The notes under the pieces: model-generated
What the model was told of the DNA's origin: nothing
What the model saw: only the letters and a program-made list of their open reading frames with translations
Databases searched by the model: none
Shown: positions 11,893 to 22,495 of the stretch, in pieces
Layout of the letters: each line of letters opens with the position of its first letter
How positions within the stretch are numbered: position 1 is the first letter of the stretch
NCBI RefSeq assembly: GCF_001194135.2
Contig: NC_068984.1
Location: 51,006,725 to 51,070,724 of the forward strand
Length of the DNA stretch: 64,000 nt
Direction: 5' to 3'
From: Octopus bimaculoides
Lineage: Eukaryota
Program-made: the position numbers and the translations under genes

Positions 11893-12901
11893 CTTTAGAC
11901 ATTCACACGCCTTCAAAAAAGTTAAGTAGAAGATAGCACTTCCTTCTCAGCTACGACCTTTTTCAAGTGATACTTGAAAACGTTGAGGAGAGCTTGACTA
12001 GAGAATAAATGTCCTGTCACCAATCCTCTCAATCTTGCCAATCACACAACATCTTTCTTACCTGTCTTTCCTCGGCAAACGGAGTTGGGAGGGCGATCCT
12101 TATATGTGAGTCGACTGACAACCGGAGCCATCCTTCAAACGTCAAATGTTGTTTGACTTTACTCTATATGTCAGCAAATGTTCGGACACTGATTGAGTCT
12201 GGAGACAGGTGGTGTGTGTACCGCCACGTGTAGACTAAAGATTCCATCTAAGATTAAGAAGAGTTATTACAATGCCGGCAAAAAAAAAAGAAAAGTTTAT
12301 TACAATATAACGTCCTTAATCAGAAACAATCCAAAGATTATAGATTATTAAAGACGACATGATTTTTTATTTTCTTCAACAGTCTTTCATCATTTGTGAT
12401 ATCAAAAAGGAAATGTTTGCAATGAATCCAAGCTTACATCTAAGCCCGGACCGATGTATATCGATAAGGAGAAATGAATGCATGTATGTATGTATGTATG
12501 TATGTATGTATGTATGTACGTATGTATGTATGTTTGTATGTATGCATGTATGCATGTATGTATGTATGTATATATGTATATATGCATGTATGTAAGCATG
12601 AGGGCATGCATACATGTGTGTGTGTGTGTGCATGTATGTGTCTACAATTATATCTTGGAGAAGTCATATTACTCATATAAAAAATAACACACAAAAGACT
12701 ATTCTATTTATTCACTCGTTTTTCTTCTGATTAGTACTGACTGTTATAATTTCACGTTTCGTCACGCTGGGAGTGTTTATTGTGGAAGGTGACTAGTTTC
12801 TAATACTTTTTAATAAAAAGAAAACAAAAAAGACGTGGATATGTCAAGTCTTGTTTCTTCTGAAATGTCGAAAATATGTCTGACGTTATAACTGTTTCAC
12901 C

Positions 12902-12937
<36 letters not shown>

Positions 12938-13734
12938 TTTCCGAAATAAATTACACTTCGTTTTAATAGATTCTAGGATGTTGCACAAACACTCATATCC
13001 GGGTTCCCTACTGTATGCTAATGAAGTTGATTACGTAATCCTTTTTCCCTTGTCATTAATTAATCAATATGTGTGTGTGTAAGCGTGGGTACATACACAT
13101 ACTTATGTATGCATGTATTTATACATGTATATATACAGATGTAGTGTTTGCGTGTGTGTATGCGCGCGGATACATATAAAATTAAGATTCCGTTGAGGCG
13201 CCTTGGTAGTTCGGTACAATCTGCGCACCGCAACAATATTATTTAAATATTGAATATCAAGACTCCATTCCTGTCGTGTGTGTAGACAATGCAACCCAGC
13301 TAAGTGATGATATCCGCTCTTGGTAATTCAAACATGCACTTTTTATAAAGGTACTTTCTATAGTATTTCTGAAGTGCAGATTCCAAGCTAAGTGAACAGA
13401 ACATAAATAAGTAACAAAGATGTACAAGTGTCAATTCATTACGGCCGTTTCAAGCGGCTCCATTTAATTGATTAATCAAAACATTGCATCAATTTGAAAG
13501 AAGTCATTCTCGTCAGATGAACGCATACATGGTTTATCCTTTATGTTTGAAGTCTATGCATACATACAAACATACATACACGCATACATGCACACTTTCC
13601 TAAGTACATACATATATATACGTATGCATGCACACATACATACATGCATACATACATACATACATACATACATGCATGCATGCATGCATACATACATACA
13701 TACATACATACATACATACTTACATACATACATA

Positions 13735-13925
13735 GAATTGAACGGCTGGTTCGTACATTACAAGTCCGATCTGTGAGTGGAACAGTAAAAATATGCAAGA
13801 CTTTTCTCAAGTTCCAAATGTGAATTTGTCTGTGTTAACTGCATCCCAAAGATGGAGCCTTGTATCTTTGATGGAAACCGGCTCCCTCTTCAGTGAAAGA
13901 TTTATAATAATTAAAAAATAGAAGA
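13735..13925 (+). mobile_element. 3' end of an R4/Dong-like non-LTR retrotransposon (second lineage), embedded in (CATA)n
   Basis: Frame RIERLVRTLQVRSVSGTVKICKTFLKFQM* (stop ~13818-13820) parallels the C-terminus LQKSVLLGTARILRKVLSV* of the element at 24142-25864. Homologous copy at 27850-27966 shows synonymous third-position differences across SVSGTV. Confidence 0.6.
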
Positions 13926-14306
13926 AACATACATGCATACATACATACTTACATACATTCATACATACATACATACATACATACATGCATACATACATAT
14001 ATTGAAGACACTCTACACAAAGACGCACACATACACACACACACACACATGCACAGAGAAACACACACGTACACATACGAAATCCACAGGTGTGTCTGAC
14101 GTCGTTATATAGTCGCCTCAAGTCGTCTTTTTTTCCTACCAATGAAATACCAACGATATTTACACACTGGCTTATAAACCAAAAGAAATAACACGAAAAC
14201 ACCAACAAAACAGAAAAACAACTGTTTACACGTTCACTAAATACAAGCTGAACCCTAGACCCCCTCTAACACTTACATCAAGCTCCATCCCTTCTCTTCT
14301 CCATTT

Positions 14307-14349
<43 letters not shown>

Positions 14350-14555
14350 ACTCACTTTCTCATTCTTTCTCTTTTTTTCTTTTCTCCTCGTCATCTACCC
14401 CCCCACCACCACCACCACCACTTGTCCCCAACCGACCGTCTCTACCTGTCAGTTTCCTTCGCAACCAGAGAAGTCAATATGTGTGCGCGCGTGTATGTGT
14501 GTGTGGGTGTGTGTGTATTCATAGATATTCACACTTGTAGGCATGTCAAATTTGT

Positions 14556-14574
14556 TACTACTACTACTATTACA

Positions 14575-14624
<50 letters not shown>

Positions 14625-14730
14625 CACTACTACTACCACTACTACAACTACTACCACTACTACTACTACAACTACTATTACTACTGCTGCTGGTGATGAT
14701 GATAATGATGATGATGATGATGATGATGAT
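14556..14730. repeat. (ACT)n/(GAT)n compound microsatellite (similar tracts at 15600-15950, 16140-16230, 19757-19835, 33217-33300, 47382-47444, 49005-49102, 54840-55095)
   Basis: Direct reading; source of poly-T/L/Y/S/D ORFs. Confidence 0.95.
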
Positions 14731-14901
14731 CAGGTGGAGGAGGAGGGGGAGGATCGTGATGAAGCCAGTGGTGTTGATTATGCTGATAGTATTTCCGCAG
14801 TATACAACGGATCAGAACTGTGTTTAGTGCGAATTATTTCTCGAGTAGTATATTACTAGCAACAAGTTTACTACTTTTCTTTTCTTTTTTTCTTTTCTTT
14901 T

Positions 14902-15602
14902 ACTTATTTCAGTCATTTGACTGCGGCCATGCTGGAGCACCGCCTTTAGTCGAGCAAATCGACCCCAGGACTTATTCTTTGGAAGCCTAGTACTTATTCT
15001 ATCGGTCTCTTTTGCCGAACCGCTAAGTTACGGGGACGTAAACACACCACCATCGGTTGTCAAGCGTTGGTGGGGGGACAAACACACACACAAACACACA
15101 CACACACACACACANNNNNNNNNNNNNNNNNNNNNNNNNNNNNNNNNNNNNNNNNNNNNNNNNNNNNNNNNNNNNNNNNNNNNNNNNNNNNNNNNNNNNN
15201 NNNNNNNNNNNNNNNNNNNNNNNNNNNNNNNNNNNNNNNNNNNNNNNNNNNNNNNNNNNNNNNNNNNNNNNNNNNNNNNNNNNNNNNNNNNNNNNNNNNN
15301 NNNNNNNNNNNNNNNNNNNNNNNNNNNNNNNNNNNNNNNNNNNNNNNNNNNNNNNNNNNNNNNNNNNNNNNNNNNNNNNNNNNNNNNNNNATATATGGGA
15401 GAATATACAAATAATAACAACAGACGAGGACATACATACGACGGGCTTCTTTCAGTTTCCGTCTACCAAATCCACTCACAAGGCTTTGGTCGGCCCGAGA
15501 CTATAGTAGAAGACACTTGCCCAAGGTGCCACACAGTGGGAATGAACCCGGAACCATGTGGTTGGTAAGCAAGCTACTTACCACACAGCCGCCCCTGCGC
15601 CT
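14902..15602 (-). mobile_element. SINE family A (tRNA head, CORE-like segment, internal CA/TA microsatellite), interrupted by a gap
   Basis: Minus-strand head ggcgcaggggcggctgtgtggtaag...GGTTCATTCCC, then GCACCTTGGGCAAGTG (CORE-like). 3' part ...ggtcgatttgctcgactaaaggcggtgctccagcatggccgcagtcaaatgactgaa with a (AAAAG)-rich tail. Many homologous copies in the window. Confidence 0.88.
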
Positions 15603-15622
15603 CCTACTATTAATATTGCTGT

Positions 15623-15654
<32 letters not shown>

Positions 15655-15661
15655 TCACCAT

Positions 15662-15693
<32 letters not shown>

Positions 15694-16138
15694 AGACTTA
15701 GTTTCTTATGATTACCAGTCGTAGTGCTGCCGTTGTTGCTGCTGCTGCTGCTTCTGTAGTTGAGCTCTTGTTGTTCCTCTTGTTGTTGTTGTCGACTGAT
15801 GACGACGACGATAACGACGATGACGATGATGATGATGACGATGATGATGGTGCTGATGACGATACTAGTGAACCTATTCATGCCGACCTTCCGTTGTTGT
15901 TGTTGTTGTTGTTGTTGTTGTTGCTGTTGTCGTTGTTGTTAATGTCATTTAGTTTTTTGTAGGTGTAGTTGTTTACTTCCCCCTCCCCCCTCGTCTCCAT
16001 GTCATAATACCTCAATGAATTAATAAGCTGTAGCCGAAGACATCCTCGTCGTATTCGCAGGTGGCAAAGTCCATTTCGAAAGGGATTCGGATAGTTCCAG
16101 TAGGTCCAGTGACATCGTAGATTCCCATCGCTAATGCT

Positions 16139-16170
<32 letters not shown>

Positions 16171-16192
16171 TAGTAGCAGCAGCAGCTGCTAC

Positions 16193-16229
<37 letters not shown>

Positions 16230-17251
16230 GATATTGCTGGTGTCTAAGCAAATCTAGGATAAATTCTGCTCTAGATATAACCGTCCTATCTTTTATTTAA
16301 TCACAGATGTACAAGGAATTAAGATCTGAAATAATTTTTTCTTTATAAGATGGTAGTGTGTGTGTGTGTGTGTGTGCGTGTGTGTGCGTGCGCGCGCGCG
16401 TGATTCGAGTGAGATTTAGTCGCTATTTCAAGCAAGCTCCTTTATTGATGCGGTACTATTTAATTGTAGCGATGTCGTTCTTTCTGTTGTTACGACAAAA
16501 CAATTACTTCTTTGCCTATATAAGAACATGAAACCAGCAAAGGGATCTGAAATTTGATTATTTGGAAGAAAAACCTCTGCTTGTGGTCTTTCAATTACCT
16601 CCGTCTGTTATAGAACTAGGCCGGTTTTTACTTGCATGTCATTTTGTAGACGCTCAGGGAATTACTTGTGTTTCAGTTAACTAGAAATATCCCGGCAATG
16701 AGAAATACACTGTATAGATTTCTAGATAAGAATTTAAATTTTGGCCACACTCACAAGAGAAAGTGAATTCCTCATTGCATAATGGTAGCACTTCATAGGC
16801 CAGTGCTATTATTATTTATAGCGATGAAATGAATCAGTTTTATAAATTACAAAGTATCCTAACCATGGAATGAGACAATCGGGCATGGCACTTCGGGCGT
16901 TGATGATATGGCACGGCTTGCTAGACACTCAACCTGTTTCGATGACAGTACATTTTGGTACAGAAGACAGAAGACAGATACACACACACACACATACACT
17001 CACGCAAACACACACACACACACACACAAACACACACGCACATTCTCATGGGTTTCTTCTACCAGTGGACGTCAATGTAATTTATTAAAACATTCGTGGA
17101 TGAGAGGTATTACACAGTATAGTGGTTAGTCAGTCATTATACCTAGCGATGTTACTAATAATGATGTACAGAGCATATGTAGGGGGAAAAAGATAAACAC
17201 TAGTGTTAATATTTAGTATACTCACACACACACACACACACACACATACAA

Positions 17252-17444
17252 TTATAAATAAGGGCAAAAGAAAAATTTCTATGCTAATATGCTGATGAAT
17301 AGACTTTAAATCGTCAAACACCACATACAATATACATCACTATAAATACAGATCGTGTTTGACGATTTAAAGTCAGCATATCAGCATATTGCCATGGATA
17401 TCAGCATATTGGCATAGACATTTTTCTTTAGCCCTTATTTATAA
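17252..17444. mobile_element. Foldback / palindromic MITE-like element
   Basis: Arms 17252-17321 and 17355-17444 are inverted copies (ttataaataagggc.aaagaaaaat.tctatgc.aatatgctgat ... gactttaaatcgtcaaacac) around a 33-nt spacer. The right arm carries an internal duplication of tatcagcatattg. Confidence 0.8.
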
Positions 17445-17535
17445 ATGTTTATAGTTTTCACCTTAAAAGGTATTGTAATATGCTGGCTACTCGATGAAAC
17501 TTTTTGAAAAATTGTATCCTATATTAGAAGTGTGT

Positions 17536-17577
<42 letters not shown>

Positions 17578-18338
17578 GCACACGCATATTAGTTAATAAA
17601 GTGTATGGTATAGACCTGGTAGTTTGTCGGTAAAGCACGTTCACTGGCTCAGTATTCGTTGGGTATGTGATTAATGAGAGAGCCGGAAGATGGAAGATAT
17701 GCGAATCTTTATTGATCACTACAATTGTTTCGACCCACCGAAGGATATACTTAAACCAGTAGTATAGTATCCCACCCAGAAGGGTTTAAGTGTATACTTC
17801 GGTGTAGATGTGTCTCTTCGAGTGATTTCAAGAGATATCTCGTTAAGATAAACTGTTTCGCAAGATTTCTTCTAGGTCTTCGTATATAGAAATGACAAAT
17901 TAAGGGATACAGCTTCATTCTTATAGAAGATCCATAAGAAAGATCAGTTACAAAAAGATATAGTGCCTACCCTTAAGTTTAAAATTAGATTAGCCCTGTG
18001 GTCAGATGCCCAAGAGGTAATTGGATGGTTTAAGCAAACTAGAAAATAGCAAAACCACTAAATTCTTACAACTTCATATCGAGAATTACTACGCCACTCT
18101 TAGCCCGATCCATTTCAATAAAGCCTTGATTTACAAAATCTGTGACTCCTCACCAAGCGGTCATATCACTAGCCACTAATAGCCACTGACTTTCTTAATA
18201 ACAACTTAATTCTGTGTGCCAGTTTATCTGCGGCAGAGCACACGTGTATGTGTGCTTGTATATGCGTATGCGTTTGTACGAGCGAGTGTACGTGCACCAG
18301 ATCGCGTATGTATGGGCGTTTGTACATCCATACCCTCT

Positions 18339-18700
18339 TTTACTGGAGCACCGCCTCTAGTCGAGCAAATCAACCCCGGGACTTATTCTTTGTAAGCCCA
18401 GTACTTATTCTATCGGGTCTCTTTTGCCGAACCGCTAAGTTACGGGGACATAAACGCACCACCATTGGTTGTCAAACACTGCTAAGAGAACAAACACAGA
18501 CACAAACACACACACATATATATATATATACATATATATACGATGGGCTTCTTTCAGTTTCCGTCTACCAAATCCACTCACAAGGCTTTGGTCGGCCCGA
18601 GGCTATAGTAGAAGACACTTGCCCAAGATGCCACGCAGTGGGACTGAACCCGGAACCATGTGGTCGGTAAGTAAGCTATTTACCATACAGCCACTCCTAT
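18339..18700 (-). mobile_element. SINE family A, near full length
   Basis: Colinear with 14902-15602 in both head and 3' portions. Confidence 0.88.
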
Positions 18701-18829
18701 CTAATACTTTTCTCGCTGTATTGTGTACTTATTTCTTTTTATATCTGATCTTTCTTATGAATCTTCTTGAAATCACCCGTGGAGACACATCTATACTGAG
18801 GGATACACCTAAACCAGTTGTATAGTATC

Positions 18830-18884
18830 CCACCCGTAAGAGATCGATGCTAGATAGGTCGAAACAATTGTAGTGATCAATAAA
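18830..18884 (+). ncRNA. Degenerate Penelope-type minimal hammerhead followed by AATAAA
   Basis: c-CGTAAGA (cf. CUGAAGA)-GATC-gatgctagata-GGTC-GAAA-CAATT-GTA, with palindromic stem III ACAATTGT (18864-18871) and AATAAA at 18879-18884. Confidence 0.5.
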
Positions 18885-18928
18885 GATTCTCGTATCCTCC
18901 ATTTTACGTCTCTCTTATTAATCCCATA

Positions 18929-18978
<50 letters not shown>

Positions 18979-19541
18979 AATATATTTATATAGGCATATT
19001 TTATATACGCATATACTTTTGTATGTGTTTGTTTGTTTGTTTGTTTGTTTGTTTGTTTGTTTGTTTGTTTGTATTGTGTCTGTATGTATGTTTGCATGCA
19101 TGTATGTATCTATGTACCTATGTATTTTCCGTGTGCCCTGAACTCTTCACGGAATCGTAGGAGTGCCGTCATGACGTTCACATTGTCTCGTGCATTTAGA
19201 CCTAGCGGAGCCCATCCCTCTTGAAGTCTGATTACAGTGATTTCACCTGCTTTCTTCCCGAGAGGTATAGAGAGAGGTAGAGAGGTAGAGAGAGAGAGAG
19301 AGAGAAAGAGAAGAAAGAGAGAGAAATAGAGGTTTAAAAGTATAACCTGTGACAAATATGATTTGTTCTCTTTTCGTGTCTTACACACGCGTGCGCACAC
19401 GCACACTCACACATATACTCGCACGTACGCACACACATACACACACGTTTAATGCAAGATATATAGTCATATTTTATAAAGGTATCAATGTATTTGTAGG
19501 TATATATCAAGATTCTCACCTGTGTGTGTGTGTGCGTGTGT

Positions 19542-19623
<82 letters not shown>
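19542..19623. repeat. (GA)n microsatellite (others at 33946-34067, 43716-43800, 47908-47997)
   Basis: Direct reading. Confidence 0.95.
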
Positions 19624-19626
<3 letters not shown>

Positions 19627-19783
19627 CGTATGTAAATGGATGTATATATATGTCACCATGTCAAATTCCTATTCGTCGATGGAGAAATTTTCATGACATT
19701 TACTTAATTTCGTTAGATTGTTTACCAACCTTTCGTCTGTTATCAAAACGGTATATATCATCATCGTCGTCATCATCATCCTT

Positions 19784-19816
<33 letters not shown>

Positions 19817-20261
19817 GTCATCATCATCATCATCACTATCACTGAGGAATAAATAATGCGAGTGATGATAACTGAAATACAATTATGATGATTATGATCT
19901 TGATGTTCAGTCCTAGAACATCCTTGATCATATACTCCAATTATGAATGTTGTTGAAGTCGCGACCAAGAACATTAGCTTACACTGCTCTGACTGCTCCT
20001 TCTTGTGTTGTTATTTTCAGTGAGACAGAATCAGTGTTCGGACTCTATCCTGGACGCAGCACAGAAGACGGTGAAGTGATACGAACATATTACTGTATAC
20101 CTCAGTGAATGAGAACTCGATCATAAGAGCCAATTTAGGAAAAGTTAAAAATAAAAATAAAATGGTTAACATCTTTATGCTCTGAATTCAAATCCTTATG
20201 GCATTCACTTTGGTTTTTAAGCCCACACACACATAACGCTTTCGTTTGTTTCCCTCTTAAA

Positions 20262-20390
20262 CCTTTCTGTCGGAGAGCGTAGGCTCGAAATGTCTAAGAC
20301 TTTTCCATTCTTCCCGAGCGTTAAACTAATACAGCTGCTTGTTGTTCCTTCACCTGTCATCGTCTTTTCTGTAAATTTGAACTATTTATG
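20262..20390 (+). mobile_element. pLTR-like repeat fragment with degenerate hammerhead-like motif
   Basis: cttt-CTGTCGGA-GAGC-gtag-GCTC-GAAAT-GTC-taag at 20263-20298. The downstream part (actaatac...cacctgtcatcgtc) resembles the reverse complement of 51600-51665 and 15391-15432. Confidence 0.5.
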
Positions 20391-22277
20391 TACATACACG
20401 TTTACTTAATGTATGTCTGTTCACTGTTATTGCTAGACAGGAACAGCTTCTCTTTTTTTTTTTTTGCTTCACTTATTCGGTGTTGCTGATTCTTCGGTGG
20501 CTTAGTTGACATCAGGCATTTTGACATTTCTCTCGTTCTTTCCCTTCCTCTTACCATCTCTCTCGCTCTTACCATGTGCGTGATCGTATATTTATCTTTA
20601 TGTGTATGAGGAGCTGGCAAATTTATGACATTAATATTCAATTAATAAATTGTACTACTCCTCTCTCTCTCTCATCTTCAATCAACTGTTTCCCAGAATT
20701 ATGATTTATCTGTTGTTGCTGCTACCCATGTCGAACATGATCTACAAAACTGCTATCTCGGCGTTCCAGCAGAAAACATCGAAACTTTTTAGATAGATAT
20801 AACCACTATCACTTAACTGAATATGCCATTTCATCGGTTAAGACGTGGGCTATGATTTGGGGTGTAATTGTGCGCGGACTTTCAATCTGCCAGATATAGG
20901 AGTTATTTCCTCTTTCACACCCCTATAACACTTTTAGAAACAGGAGGATACTTTGTATAATATAAACCTATGATGAAACAAAAATATGGAATGGTCAAAA
21001 ACGGAAAACCTTTGATTATAAGTCAGCTTGTTATTTAGAGCTCACATGTGTTAAGCAAACAAGGACAAGACTACAATAAAAAAAAACAACAAAAACAGCG
21101 ACAACCGCAACTACAGCAGCCATATTAACAGCGGCAACAAGAACTGCAACGTCCTGAAGGCTTTTTGGTTCAATAAATTTTATTGTTTTGTAAAGTAAGG
21201 AACCTTAAGTATTTACATTTATTTATTATATTTTTTAACCCTCAGAATATTCTTTCACTTCTGTAGTGTCTGAAGCTTGCCAATGATATTTGTTAAGTCA
21301 CCACAAAGCCCCTTCCTTTAAACTGTAATTAAGTCTTGTACATTAAAAACAAAAAGCATTATCTTAATATAAATGCATATATACATACACACGCTATCTC
21401 TCTCTCTCTCTCTCACACACACACATATGCAAATGTTTGTGTGTATGTGTTTATGTGTGTGTGTATANNNNNNNNNNNNNNNNNNNNNNNNNNNNNNNNN
21501 NNNNNNNNNNNNNNNNNNNNNNNNNNNNNNNNNNNNNNNNNNNNNNNNNNNNNNNNNNNNNNNNNNNNNNNNNNNNNNNNNNNNNNNNNNNNNNNNNNNN
21601 NNNNNNNNNNNNNNNNNNNNNNNNNNNNNNNNNNNNNNNNNNNNNNNNNNNNNNNNNNNNNNNNNNNNNNNNNNNNNNNNNNNNNNNNNNNNNNNNNNNN
21701 NNNNNNNNNNNNNNNNNNNNNNNNNNNNNNNNNNNNNNNNNNNNNNNNNNNNNNNNNNNNNNNNNNNNNNNNNNNNNNNNNNNNNNNNNNNNNNNNNNNN
21801 NNNNNNNNNNNNNNNNNNNNNNNNNNNNNNNNNNNNNNNNNNNNNNNNNNNNNNNNNNNNNNNNNNNNNNNNNNNNNNNNNNNNNNNNNNNNNNNNNNNN
21901 NNNNNNNNNNNNNNNNNNNNNNNNNNNNNNNNNNNNNNNNNNNNNNNNNNNNNNNNNNNNNNNNNNNNNNNNNNNNNNNNNNNNNNNNNNNNNNNNNNNN
22001 NNNNNNNNNNNNNNNNNNNNNNNNNNNNNNNNNNNNNNNNNNNNNNNNNNNNNNNNNNNNNNNNNNNNNNNNNNNNNNNNNNNNNNNNNNNNNNNNNNNN
22101 NNNNNNNNNNNNNNNNNNNNNNNNNNNNNNNNNNNNNNNNNNNNNNNNNNNNNNNNNNNNNNNNNNNNNNNNNNNNNNNNNNNNNNNNNNNNNNNNNNNN
22201 NNNNNNNNNNNNNNNNNNNNNNNNNNNNNNNNNNNNNNNNNNNNNNNNNNNNNNNNNNNNNNNNNNNNNNNNNNNNN

Positions 22278-22315
<38 letters not shown>

Positions 22316-22462
22316 TGTATGAATGTATGAATGTATGTATGTATGTATGTATGTATGTATGTATGTATGTATGTGTGTGTGTGTATGTATTTGTGTTGAT
22401 ATATGTGTATGTCTGCATGTATATGTATATTTATATGCATGAAGAGAAAGAGAGAGGTATTT

Positions 22463-22495
<33 letters not shown>

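Larger units (their letters stand above)
17660..18925 (+). mobile_element. Penelope-like element remnant: RT fragment between inverted/direct pLTR-like segments; SINE inserted at 18339-18700
   Basis: WSDAQEVIGWFKQ (~17999-18037) and KTTKFLQLHIENYYATLSPIHFNKALIY (~18051-18134) resemble the PLE RT motifs W.NT..VI.WF and F.QFDI..FYPSI....L.KAL. Segment 17668-17737 is the inverted copy of 18857-18925. Segment 17743-17777 is a direct copy of 18800-18835. Segment 17790-17838 is inverted relative to 18760-18808. Confidence 0.72.

Noticed and set aside
14079-14135. 57-nt symmetric phase-1 micro-exon GKKDDLRRLYNDVRHTCGF on the minus strand
   Set aside because: Weak polypyrimidine tract and short length; such AG..GT pairs are expected by chance.
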